Numbered from the stretch's first letter, positions 37,425 through 46,469 are shown. The stretch is 64,000 bases of DNA from Eubacteriaceae bacterium UBA6119 (GCA_002423395.1 DIVZ01000007.1:132442-196441), one strand, 5' to 3'. The notes: a model not told the origin generated them from the letters alone. Translations and numbers: made by a program.

Positions 37425-37664
37425 ATGAAAATTAAAGTATTAGGCTCAGGATGTAAAAACTGTATAACACTGGAAAAGAACACAGCAGAAGCCGTTAAGG
37501 AAATGGGGATTGAAGCTGTAATTGAAAAAGTCAATGACTTAAATAAAATTATGGAATACGGCATTATGACTACGCCTGCTTTGGTTGTTGACGAAAAAGT
37601 GGTATCTTACGGCAAAGTGTTAAAACCTAAAGACATAGTGAAAATACTTGAAAAAGTGAGGTAA
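37425..37664 (+). CDS. Mini-thioredoxin (redox-active disulfide protein 2 / MTH895-like)
   Basis: 79 aa, 'MKIKVLGSGCKNCITLEKN', a family that commonly partners PF03773 permeases. Confidence 0.75.
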   Translation: MKIKVLGSGCKNCITLEKNTAEAVKEMGIEAVIEKVNDLNKIMEYGIMTTPALVVDEKVVSYGKVLKPKDIVKILEKVR

Positions 37665-37669
37665 TTTAA

Positions 37670-38662
37670 ATGAGTGATCAATCACAATGTTGTTCTTGCG
37701 GCAATGATTGCTGCGGCACTTCAATAGAAAAACGAAAGTTGGTTATAGATTTTTTGTTTCTTGATTTAAGTGTCTGCACACGCTGTCAAGGTACAGAAAA
37801 TAGCTTGGAAGAATCTTTAGATGAGGTAGCAAAAGTATTACAAGCAGCGGACATAGAGGTGCGGCTTAATAAAGTCAATGTCAATACAAAAGAATTGGCT
37901 GAACAATATAAATTCATAAGTTCACCAACTATTAGAATAAACGGAAAAGATATTCAAATGGATGTGAAAGAAAGCCTATGCGAATCATGCGGTGATTTGT
38001 GCGGAGATGAGGTAGACTGCCGTGTCTGGTTATACAATGGGCAAGAATATACCATACCGCCGAAAGCAATGATAATAGAAGCGATATTAAAAAATGTATA
38101 CGGAGCTAATTGTGATGAGAATATCATTGAACAAGATTATGTAATGCCTGAAAATCTTGTACATTTTTATAATGTAACGGCAAACAAAAATAAAAGCAAT
38201 TTAAAAGAGGATATTAAAATGAAAACATTAAAAATTGAATGGAGACACCTTGATATTGAAGGAGAAACATGTGACCGTTGTTATGATACAGGTGAAAATC
38301 TTGAACACGAAGTAAAAAGATTAAACAGAGCTTTAAAACCAAAAGGCATTACTGTTGAGTGGGCTGAAATAAAGCTTGATGACACAAAAATTCCGCAGTC
38401 AAACACAGTCTTTTTTAACGGAGCAGCTATTGAAGATGTATTGGATATTAAAATATCAGAAAACTATTGTCAGTCATGCACCGATCTGCTGGGCAAAAAG
38501 ACATACTGCAGAACAATACTTTTCGAAGGTGAAGAATATGAGGATATTCCGGCAAAAGCAATCCGCAAGGCTGCATATAAAGTATTAGGTATTGATGATG
38601 AAAAATCGGAAAAATCTGAGGATTCTGACTGCGGATGCGGATGCAGCGGCGGTTGCTGTTAA
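37670..38662 (+). CDS. Tandem DUF2703 protein with poly-cysteine N- and C-termini
   Basis: There are two homologous halves. Half 1 (about aa 22-145): 'LVIDFLFLDLSVCTRCQGTE...SPTIRINGKDI...CESCGDLCG..VDCRVWLYNGQEYTIPPKAMI'. Half 2 (about aa 185-310): 'LKIEWRHLDIEGETCDRCYDTGE...SNTVFFNGAAI...CQSCTDLLG..TYCRTILFEGEEYEDIPAKAI'. Termini are 'QCCSCGNDCCG' and 'DCGCGCSGGCC'. Confidence 0.65.
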   Translation: MSDQSQCCSCGNDCCGTSIEKRKLVIDFLFLDLSVCTRCQGTENSLEESLDEVAKVLQAADIEVRLNKVNVNTKELAEQYKFISSPTIRINGKDIQMDVKESLCESCGDLCGDEVDCRVWLYNGQEYTIPPKAMIIEAILKNVYGANCDENIIEQDYVMPENLVHFYNVTANKNKSNLKEDIKMKTLKIEWRHLDIEGETCDRCYDTGENLEHEVKRLNRALKPKGITVEWAEIKLDDTKIPQSNTVFFNGAAIEDVLDIKISENYCQSCTDLLGKKTYCRTILFEGEEYEDIPAKAIRKAAYKVLGIDDEKSEKSEDSDCGCGCSGGCC

Positions 38663-38790
38663 CGACAGATATCCGGATTATAAAAAAATATACTCAAAAT
38701 CCTTTTAAATATACAACGTATTATATGCATATGCAATATCAGTCATATAAGATTTTATTTTAAATATATTTGTATTAAGGAGGGATTTAT

Positions 38791-38988
38791 ATGAGTTTTT
38801 TTAAAAATCTATTTAAAAAGAATAAAGAAGAAGAAATAATTGAAGATGTTTATGATGAAAAAATTGAAGATGTAATAGAAGAGGACGCAATAGAAGAGGC
38901 TGAAGTTATTGAAGATGAAGCTAAAGAAGATATAGCGGATGATGAGCTTGAAGCAGTAGAAGAAACCGAGCTAAAGGATGAACAATAG
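38791..38988 (+). CDS. Hypothetical 65-aa hyper-acidic protein
   Basis: Strong SD (AAGGAGGG). After a basic 'MSFFKNLFKKNK' head the rest is more than 50% Glu/Asp. Followed by a terminator. Confidence 0.35.
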   Translation: MSFFKNLFKKNKEEEIIEDVYDEKIEDVIEEDAIEEAEVIEDEAKEDIADDELEAVEETELKDEQ

Positions 38989-39041
38989 TTTTATTAAGAA
39001 AATACGTAAATCAATGAGTAATCATTTACTTAATTGAAATC

Positions 39042-39071
39042 AAAAACCATTATTCTTAATAATGGTTTTTT
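39042..39071 (+). terminator. Intrinsic terminator
   Basis: AAAAACCATTATT-CTT-AATAATGGTTTTT. Confidence 0.75.
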
Positions 39072-39106
39072 GATATTATAAATAAATTAGCTTTAAGGTG
39101 AAAATA

Positions 39107-39532
39107 ATGGATAATAAAATAAATGCAGCATTTATATGCGTTCACAATTCTTGCCGTTCCCAGATAGCGGAAGCGCTTGGAAGGGTTTTAGCAAGCGATG
39201 TTTTTGAAAGCTATTCGGCGGGCACGGAGATAAAATCAGAAATTAATAAAGACGCTGTTCGCTTGATGAAAAAACTATATAATATAGATATAGAAAAGAC
39301 GCAATATTCAAAGCTGCTTACAGATATTCCGCCTGTAGATATTGTTATTACGATGGGCTGCAATGTTAATTGCCCTTATCTTCCGTGTAAATATCGGCAA
39401 GATTGGGGGCTTGAAGACCCGACAGGTAAGAGTGACGAAGAATTTGAAAAAATTATTAAGCAGATAGAAAATAATATAATAGAATTAAAACGTGATATTT
39501 TAGGCGGTAAAATAGATGCAAGGTGCGAGTAA
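39107..39532 (+). CDS. arsC: Arsenate reductase, thioredoxin-coupled LMW-PTP type
   Basis: P-loop 'CVHNSCRSQIAEA' (CX5R) and the distal Cys pair in 'MGCNVNCPYLPC'. ATG 39107 is 6 nt after the SD AAGGTG. Confidence 0.85.
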   Translation: MDNKINAAFICVHNSCRSQIAEALGRVLASDVFESYSAGTEIKSEINKDAVRLMKKLYNIDIEKTQYSKLLTDIPPVDIVITMGCNVNCPYLPCKYRQDWGLEDPTGKSDEEFEKIIKQIENNIIELKRDILGGKIDARCE

Positions 39533-39819
39533 TGATAATAGGGACAGCGGCAATAAAACTCGATATTCCATTTGCTCATTCTCTTAAAGACAAAAGGATG
39601 GTTGTAAAAAGCATAATATCAAAAGCGCAGAACAAGTTTAACATATCAATCGCAGAGACTGATGAAATGGACACAATAAAGACAGCGATTATAAGTTTTG
39701 CATGCATTGCGGCAAACACCGCGCTTGCGGACAGCATTATGCAAAACGTATTATCTTATATTGAAGCAAATACTGATGCCGAGGTTATACTGTTAAACAA
39801 GGAGAATATTATACAATGA
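39532..39819 (+). CDS. DUF503 (YlxP-like) protein
   Basis: 'MIIGTAAIKLDIPFAHSLKDKRMVVKSI' is the canonical DUF503 N-terminus. The ATG overlaps the arsC stop (TAATG). Confidence 0.7.
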   Translation: MIIGTAAIKLDIPFAHSLKDKRMVVKSIISKAQNKFNISIAETDEMDTIKTAIISFACIAANTALADSIMQNVLSYIEANTDAEVILLNKENIIQ

Positions 39820-40265
39820 TAAATCCATCCAATAAAATAAGAACAATGACGATAGATGATTATGACGGTATATACAAGCTGTGGGCGGAAACCGAAGGGA
39901 TGTGTCTTCGAAACGTTGATGATTCATATGAAGGAATTAATAAATTCATTAAAAGAAACCCCGAGACATGTTTTGTCGCTTTAGATGAGTGGCAGAAAAT
40001 AATCGGCTCGGTACTGTGCGGAAGCGACGGACGCAGAGGATATATTTATCATCTGGCAGTACATAAAAACTACAGGAAAATAGGAATAGGCAGTAATTTG
40101 GTAAATGAGGCTGCTGATGCTTTAAAAGGTTTGGGTATTTCAAAAGCGGCGTTATTAGTTTTAAGAACAAATAAAGAGGGGAATGAATTCTGGGAGAAAA
40201 TGGGATATTATGAAAGAGATGATGTAATCTACCGCGATAAGAGCCTTACCGATAAAAATAATTAA
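39816..40265 (+). CDS. GNAT-family N-acetyltransferase
   Basis: 'IYHLAVHKNYRKIGIGSNLV' acetyl-CoA binding motif (R/Q-x-x-G-x-G/A). ATGA overlap with DUF503. Confidence 0.8.
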   Translation: MINPSNKIRTMTIDDYDGIYKLWAETEGMCLRNVDDSYEGINKFIKRNPETCFVALDEWQKIIGSVLCGSDGRRGYIYHLAVHKNYRKIGIGSNLVNEAADALKGLGISKAALLVLRTNKEGNEFWEKMGYYERDDVIYRDKSLTDKNN

Positions 40266-40440
40266 AGCTTTTATTTATTTTGCATGTTATATCTTAAATC
40301 TTCGAATTTTTTTCTTTGAGTATTATTATTCAATATATAAGAAAGATTTTCGATAATAATTTCGCCAGTTTTAATATTAATCATTTTTAATACTCCAAAA
40401 TAATTTAAGTAAAATATTTACATTAAATATAATAGCACAA

Positions 40441-40466
40441 TAAAAAAGACGATAAAATCGTCTTTT
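40441..40466 (-). terminator. Intrinsic terminator of nadE
   Basis: Minus strand: AGACGAT-TTT-ATCGTCT followed by TTTTTTA. Confidence 0.7.
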
Positions 40467-40474
40467 GTCTTTAA

Positions 40475-42379
40475 TTATATGTTTTCAAGTTCTTTAAGCC
40501 ATATCGTGCTGACGGCATCACTCGGCATTCGCCAGTCGCCTCGGGGTGAAAGCGTAACGCTTCCCACCTTAGGACCGTCGGGCAGAGCAGAGCGTTTGAA
40601 CTGCTGAGAAAAAAATCTTTTATAAAATATCTGCATCCATTTTTTAATGGTTGCTTTGTCGTATACTCCGTCAAAGGCAATGTTGGCAAGTCGGAATATT
40701 TTCGACGGAGAAAATCCCAGGCGAACAACATAGTATAATACAAAATCGTGCAGTTCGTACGGTCCCACAATATCTTCCGTTTTCTGCGAAATTTTACCGT
40801 CTTCGGGCGGAAGCAGTTCGGGGCTGACGGGAGTGTCCAAAACATCAAGCATAATTTCTTTTAGCTCGCCCGGTTCATTATCCGCAACAAACTTGACAAG
40901 ATGACGCACCAGAGATTTCGGAACGGAAGCGTTTACTCCGTACATTGACATATGGTCGCCGTTGTATGTTGCCCAGCCTAACGCAAGCTCAGATAAATCG
41001 CCAGTGCCGACAACAAATCCGCCGTGCTTATTGGCAATATCCATAAGCACCTGAGTTCTCTCTCGCGCTTGTGAATTTTCATACGCTGCTCCTCTATCGG
41101 ACTCGTCAAGCTCTATATCTTTAAAATGCTGAATAACAGCGGCTGAAATGGGTATGTCTAACAAAGTCGCTCCAAGATGCTTCGCCAGAGATTTGGCGTT
41201 TTGATATGTGCGGTCGGTTGTGCCGAAACAGGGCATTGTAACCGCTATTATATCTTTATGTGACAGTTTAAGTTCGTCAAACGCCCTTACTGTTACAAGA
41301 AGTGCAAGAGTTGAGTCAAGACCGCCTGAAAGACCAATGACAGCGCACTTACCTCCGGTATGGGCAAGCCTTTTTTTAAGCCCGGATGCCTGAATAGAGA
41401 ATATTGTGTCGCATCTTTCGGCTAAGAGTAAAGGATTGTTAGGCACAAACGGATGAGGATTAATGTTTCGTATCAATTTTAAAGGCGCTGTATTTGTTTC
41501 AAAATACACGGTATGATATTCTTTATCCGAATTATTCGGATAGCTGTTCATTCTTCTGCGTTCATGCGCAAGGAACTGGATATCAACATCCATAGTAATA
41601 GTCGAATTAGTAAATAATTTACTTTCTGATAATATTACGCCGTTTTCACTTATAATATTCTGCCCCGAATATACCATGTCGGTAGTGGATTCGCCGTTGC
41701 CGGCATTTGAGTATAAATATGCGCATATAAGTTTTGCGCTTTGCATTTTTACAAGATCCCTCCGAAAATCTGCTTTAGCGACCATTTCATCGCTGGCGGA
41801 AGGATTAGCAATAATTATAGCTCCGTTTATAGCATGACTTACGGAAGGAGATAGAGGCGCCCATAAGTCTTCACAGATTTCAATAGCGAAACAAAACTCC
41901 GGCATATTTTTATCCCTGAAAAGAAGTTTTGTGCCTATCGGCACTTCATCATTATTTATACTGATTTTTTCATTATCATTAAAAGACGAAAAATGACGCA
42001 GCTCATAGAATTCCGAATAATTGGGCATATAACTTTTTGTGACTATACCGAGTATTTTGCCGCCTTTTATTACAGCGGCAGCGTTATATAATGCATTGCC
42101 ATATGCAAACGGCAGACCGATTACGGAGGCAATATCTAATGAAGAGGTCTTTTCCGCTATTTCAATAAGCGCATTAAACGCGGCTTTTTGAAGCGTTTTT
42201 TGCAAAAACAAATCTCCGCATGTGTACCCCGTTATGCAAAGTTCGGGAAATACTATAAGTTTTACATTATCTTTGGCTTCTGAATTTATTAATGAAATAA
42301 TATTATTCTTATTATAGTCTACATCGCAGACTTTAATATCGGGGGTAGCGCACGCAACTCTTAAAAATCCATCGTTCAT
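40475..42379 (-). CDS. nadE: Glutamine-dependent NAD+ synthetase
   Basis: 634 aa. N-terminal CN-hydrolase domain ('FPELCITGY', 'EICEDLW') plus the PP-loop 'GLSGGLDST' synthetase domain. Confidence 0.9.
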   Translation of the reverse strand: MNDGFLRVACATPDIKVCDVDYNKNNIISLINSEAKDNVKLIVFPELCITGYTCGDLFLQKTLQKAAFNALIEIAEKTSSLDIASVIGLPFAYGNALYNAAAVIKGGKILGIVTKSYMPNYSEFYELRHFSSFNDNEKISINNDEVPIGTKLLFRDKNMPEFCFAIEICEDLWAPLSPSVSHAINGAIIIANPSASDEMVAKADFRRDLVKMQSAKLICAYLYSNAGNGESTTDMVYSGQNIISENGVILSESKLFTNSTITMDVDIQFLAHERRRMNSYPNNSDKEYHTVYFETNTAPLKLIRNINPHPFVPNNPLLLAERCDTIFSIQASGLKKRLAHTGGKCAVIGLSGGLDSTLALLVTVRAFDELKLSHKDIIAVTMPCFGTTDRTYQNAKSLAKHLGATLLDIPISAAVIQHFKDIELDESDRGAAYENSQARERTQVLMDIANKHGGFVVGTGDLSELALGWATYNGDHMSMYGVNASVPKSLVRHLVKFVADNEPGELKEIMLDVLDTPVSPELLPPEDGKISQKTEDIVGPYELHDFVLYYVVRLGFSPSKIFRLANIAFDGVYDKATIKKWMQIFYKRFFSQQFKRSALPDGPKVGSVTLSPRGDWRMPSDAVSTIWLKELENI

Positions 42380-42532
42380 TTAAATCAACTCAATTCATAG
42401 ATTATTTTATTAATTACATCAACAAATATAGTTACTTAAATATTTTAATATAAATTTCTAATTATTCAAGCTTTTATATTTTCTTATCATTTCTACTAAC
42501 TTAACTTTTATTCAATTATATATCTTTTGCAG

Positions 42533-42585
42533 TTGACAATGTATTAATCAAACAATATAATGAAAATATGAATATATGTTCATAT
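42533..42585 (+). promoter_or_regulatory. Consensus promoter plus SmtB/CadC-type operator
   Basis: TTGACA (42533-38), 17 nt, TATAAT (42556-61). Inverted repeat ATATGAA-TATATG-TTCATAT (42566-85) at the transcript start. Confidence 0.55.
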
Positions 42586-42602
42586 GTTAGGAGTGTAAGT
42601 TA

Positions 42603-42959
42603 ATGGATATTATTGAAAAATGCGATTGTACGACAATTCACGAGGATACAGTAAAAAAAGTTAAAAACAGTATGCCTGATGAAGACTGTTTATACAATTT
42701 AGCAGAGACTTTTAAAATACTATCTGATAATACGAGAATTAAGATACTTTATGCGCTATTAAATTCGGATATGTGTGTATGTGATATTTCCGCGCTTTTG
42801 AATATGACGCAGTCGGCTATATCACACCAATTAAGAGTTCTTAAACAGGCGAGACTGGTAAAATACAGGCGTGAAGGAAAATCGGTTTATTATTCTTTGG
42901 ATGATGAGCACATTAAAAGCATATTTGATCAGGCTCTTATTCATATTAATGAGAAGTAG
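42603..42959 (+). CDS. cadC: ArsR/SmtB-family metal sensor, CadC-like
   Basis: N-terminal 'CDCTTIHE', helix-3 'DMCVCDIS' and 'QSAISHQLRVLK' recognition helix. Confidence 0.8.
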   Translation: MDIIEKCDCTTIHEDTVKKVKNSMPDEDCLYNLAETFKILSDNTRIKILYALLNSDMCVCDISALLNMTQSAISHQLRVLKQARLVKYRREGKSVYYSLDDEHIKSIFDQALIHINEK

Positions 42960-42969
42960 GGAGTATGGT

Positions 42970-45063
42970 ATGAAAAAAGAATTTGTATTATCAGGACTTA
43001 ACTGCGCTCGCTGCGCATCAGAAATTGAACGTGATATAAACTGCTTGGAAGGTGTTGAAGCAGCGGTTAATTTCGCTGCAAAAATACTTAGCGTAAAAAT
43101 TGATACTAATGAAAATACAGATAATACATTTAATAAAATATTTTCAATAATACATAAACATGAGCCTGAAATAGTTATTAAAGAAAGAACTTACAAAAAA
43201 GATAGCAGTGAAAATAATCAGATGAAAGAAATTGTAAGGTTTATTATAGCATCTGCTCTGTTTGCCGCAGGTCTTGCGCTGAAATTATCTGATACTTATA
43301 CATTAATAATATTTGTATTAAGCTATTTGACGGCGGGAGGCCACGTTATATTAAAGGCTTTAAAGAATATATTAAGAGGAAAAGTATTTGATGAGAATTT
43401 TCTTATGAGCATAGCGACATTAGGCGCGTTTGCAGTAGGTCAAGTAACGGAAGGCGCAGCAGTTATGCTGTTTTTTCAGGCTGGTGAAATTCTTCAAACA
43501 CGAGCAGTGAACCGTTCAAGGAAGTCGATTACTGCGCTGATGGATATACGTCCCGATTATGCAAACATTGATGCTGACGGCGAATTGAAAAAGGTAGCGG
43601 TTGAAGATGTTAAAGCAGGTCAGATAATTATTATAAAGCCCGGCGAAAAAGTGCCGTTAGACGGAATAGTAGCAAACGGTTTATCTACGGCTGATACATC
43701 TGCTCTGACAGGAGAATCGCTTCCAAAGGATATAAATACAGGCGATGAAGTATTAAGCGGTTATATTAACATTAACGGATTACTCGCAGTTAAAGTAACA
43801 AAAGCATTTTCTGAATCCACTGTATCTAAAATAATTGATTTGGTAGAAAACGCGGCAAATAGAAAAGCGCATACAGAAAACTTTATTACCAAGTTTGCAA
43901 GAGTTTATACTCCTATAGTTGTACTGGGAGCTGTTTTGACAGCATTAATACCTCCGCTGTTTATAGCCGGAGAGCTGTTTTCTACTTGGATTTACAGAGC
44001 GCTTATATTTTTAGTTATTTCTTGTCCGTGCGCATTGGTTATATCAATACCGTTAGGATTTTTCGGAGGCATAGGCGCCGCGTCTAAAAACGGGATATTA
44101 ATAAAAGGAAGCAATTATTTGGAAGCTTTATGCAATGCGGGCACAGTAGTTTTTGACAAAACGGGCACACTGACAAAAGGGGTTTTTAAAGTTACTTCAA
44201 TTGAAGCTGATGAAGAATTTTTAAAGGAAGACGTTTTAAAATACGCCTCTTACGCGGAGAGTTTTTCCAATCATCCGGTAGCTTTGTCAATTTTGAAAGC
44301 CTACGGAAAAGAAATTGATAAACAGCAAATTCGGTCTTTTGAGGAGATAGCGGGAAAAGGAACAGCGGCAGTTATTGAAGGCAAGCGAATACTTGCAGGC
44401 AACAGTAAATTGCTTAATGACGAAAACATTACTTATAAAAAAAGCGGCAGCGAAGGAACGATTGTTTATGTTGCCGTAGATAACAAATTTGCGGGAGCTA
44501 TCGTAATATCTGATGAAATAAAAGATGATGCCTTTACTTTAATTAAAGACCTTAAATGCTTGGGTATTAAAAAAACCGTGATGCTGACAGGGGATAACAA
44601 ATCAGCAGCCGATAAAGTCGGAAATACTTTAGGTTTAGATGAGGTTTATTCAGAGTTACTACCTGCTCAAAAAGTAGAAATAATGCAAAAACTGATTTCT
44701 CAAAAGAAATCCGATGAAAAAATTATTTTTACGGGCGACGGGATTAATGATGCTCCCGCACTGGCTATAGCTGATATAAGCGTTGCAATGGGAGGGCTTG
44801 GCTCTGACGCGGCAATTGAAGCCGCTGATGTTGTTATTATGACTGATGAACCTTCCAAAATAGTCAAAGCCATAAAAATATCAAAAAGAACAAAAGCTAT
44901 AATATGGCAAAACATTATATTTGCATTGGGTGTAAAGGCAGTCTTCTTAGTTTTGGGGGCATTTGGTATAGCGACTATGTGGGAAGCTGTATTTGCAGAT
45001 GTAGGCGTTACGATAATAGCAATATTAAACTCAATTCGAACATTAAATGTAAAGAATATATAA
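42970..45063 (+). CDS. cadA: P1B-type heavy-metal (Cd/Zn/Co-type) translocating ATPase
   Basis: HMA domain 'GLNCARCASEIE', TM 'SCPCALV', 'DKTGTLT' and 'GDGINDAPAL'. ATG 42970 follows the SD GGGAG. The track start at 42871 overlaps cadC. Confidence 0.9.
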   Translation: MKKEFVLSGLNCARCASEIERDINCLEGVEAAVNFAAKILSVKIDTNENTDNTFNKIFSIIHKHEPEIVIKERTYKKDSSENNQMKEIVRFIIASALFAAGLALKLSDTYTLIIFVLSYLTAGGHVILKALKNILRGKVFDENFLMSIATLGAFAVGQVTEGAAVMLFFQAGEILQTRAVNRSRKSITALMDIRPDYANIDADGELKKVAVEDVKAGQIIIIKPGEKVPLDGIVANGLSTADTSALTGESLPKDINTGDEVLSGYININGLLAVKVTKAFSESTVSKIIDLVENAANRKAHTENFITKFARVYTPIVVLGAVLTALIPPLFIAGELFSTWIYRALIFLVISCPCALVISIPLGFFGGIGAASKNGILIKGSNYLEALCNAGTVVFDKTGTLTKGVFKVTSIEADEEFLKEDVLKYASYAESFSNHPVALSILKAYGKEIDKQQIRSFEEIAGKGTAAVIEGKRILAGNSKLLNDENITYKKSGSEGTIVYVAVDNKFAGAIVISDEIKDDAFTLIKDLKCLGIKKTVMLTGDNKSAADKVGNTLGLDEVYSELLPAQKVEIMQKLISQKKSDEKIIFTGDGINDAPALAIADISVAMGGLGSDAAIEAADVVIMTDEPSKIVKAIKISKRTKAIIWQNIIFALGVKAVFLVLGAFGIATMWEAVFADVGVTIIAILNSIRTLNVKNI

Positions 45064-45182
45064 TTTATATAATTTTATAATTTATTTTTATAAAATTAAA
45101 AAAATATCTGTACAATTATTCATATTTGGTATATTATGTTTAATTGTAATAATTAAAGTCATAATATATTAACGTCTATTGT

Positions 45183-46421
45183 ATGGGAATATTCATGTCA
45201 GGATTTGAAAACAACAAATTAAACGAAGATTATAGAGACTGGAAAAAGAAAACGACAATATTTTTATGCAGTCAGGGTATTTCATTATTTGGTTCTTCTT
45301 TAGTTGCTTATGCTATAATCTGGTACATTACACTTACAACCACATCAGGGTCAATGATGACTATATCTATTATAATGAGTTTTCTGCCTCAGGTTTTAAT
45401 ATCTTTGTTTGCGGGAGTTTGGGCGGACCGATACAACAGAAAACACATTATAATGCTGTCTGACGGGCTGGTAGCAGTATCCACTTTAATTCTCGCGATT
45501 TTTTTCTTTATCGGCTATAGGGAAATATGGCTTATATTTGCGGTTTCCGCAATTCGTTCAATAGGCTCGGGAATTCAGTCTCCCGCAGTCAGCGCAATAC
45601 TTCCGCAGTTTGTACCGAAAGATAAATTAATGAAAGTTAACGGCATAAAAGGCAGCATACATTCATTAATTACGCTTCTTTCTCCGGCGGCAGGCGGAGT
45701 GATTCTTACAATGTTCTCCGTAGAGGCATCATTCTTTGTAGACGTTATAACGGCAGCAATTGCTATTTCAATTATGACAGCGCTTAAAGTGGGAAAACAT
45801 ATCGAATATATTACAAGAAATGAACTTGAAGCAATATCGGAATTAAAAAAAGGCTTTAAATATATTAATAATAATAAATTAATAAAAAATCTGCTAACAT
45901 ATTATGTTTTTTTCTTTTTACTTGTTTCTCCTGCGGCTTTTTTAACGCCTTTAATGGTAGCGCGAAGTTACGGTGCCGAAATATGGCGTCTTACATTGAA
46001 TGAGATTTTATTCAGCGGCGGAGCAGTTTTAGGCGGCATAATAATATCCTCTTGGGGTGGATTTAAAAGCCATATGAAGACTATTGCCATGTCCTGTTTC
46101 GGATTTGGCATTTGCACTGTGCTGCTTGGGTTTTCGCCGAATTTCATATTTTTCTTAACAGCAATGGGGATGGCAGGAATTTTTGTGCCGATATTCAATG
46201 CAGTAGAATCCGTTATGATTCAGGAGAGTGTTGAGCAAGGCATGCAGGGAAGGGTGTTTGGGATAATTGAAATATTTGCAGTCGGGTTAATGCCTGTAGG
46301 GATGCTGTTTTACGGACCGCTTGCGGATGTGATAAAAATTGAAACAATACTTGTAATAACAGGATTTTTAATAGCGGCGCTTGCTTGCTTGATATATAAA
46401 AACAACAAACAAGAAATATAG
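45183..46421 (+). CDS. MFS transporter (drug/siderophore-exporter-like)
   Basis: 412 aa, 12 TM, 'GVWADRYNRK' loop motif. Confidence 0.8.
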   Translation: MGIFMSGFENNKLNEDYRDWKKKTTIFLCSQGISLFGSSLVAYAIIWYITLTTTSGSMMTISIIMSFLPQVLISLFAGVWADRYNRKHIIMLSDGLVAVSTLILAIFFFIGYREIWLIFAVSAIRSIGSGIQSPAVSAILPQFVPKDKLMKVNGIKGSIHSLITLLSPAAGGVILTMFSVEASFFVDVITAAIAISIMTALKVGKHIEYITRNELEAISELKKGFKYINNNKLIKNLLTYYVFFFLLVSPAAFLTPLMVARSYGAEIWRLTLNEILFSGGAVLGGIIISSWGGFKSHMKTIAMSCFGFGICTVLLGFSPNFIFFLTAMGMAGIFVPIFNAVESVMIQESVEQGMQGRVFGIIEIFAVGLMPVGMLFYGPLADVIKIETILVITGFLIAALACLIYKNNKQEI

Positions 46422-46435
46422 CTTTAAAAATCCAA

Positions 46436-46469
46436 AAAAGAAACTTTGAGAAATAAGTTTCTTTTTTTA
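46436..46469 (+). terminator. Intrinsic terminator
   Basis: AGAAACTT-TGAGAAAT-AAGTTTCT followed by a T7 run. Confidence 0.7.

Noticed and set aside
40271-40384. 37-codon minus-strand ORF (MINIKTGEIIIENLSYILNNNTQRKKFEDLRYNMQNK) with a GGAG 9 nt upstream, downstream of the nadE terminator
   Set aside because: It is plausible as a small protein, but I recognise no family, see no clear promoter, and cannot assess conservation. There is not enough support to call it.
42871-42969. N-terminal extension of the P-type ATPase ORF overlapping cadC
   Set aside because: ATG 42970 is preceded by an SD and starts directly with the HMA domain. The extension is just the cadC 3' end read in another frame.
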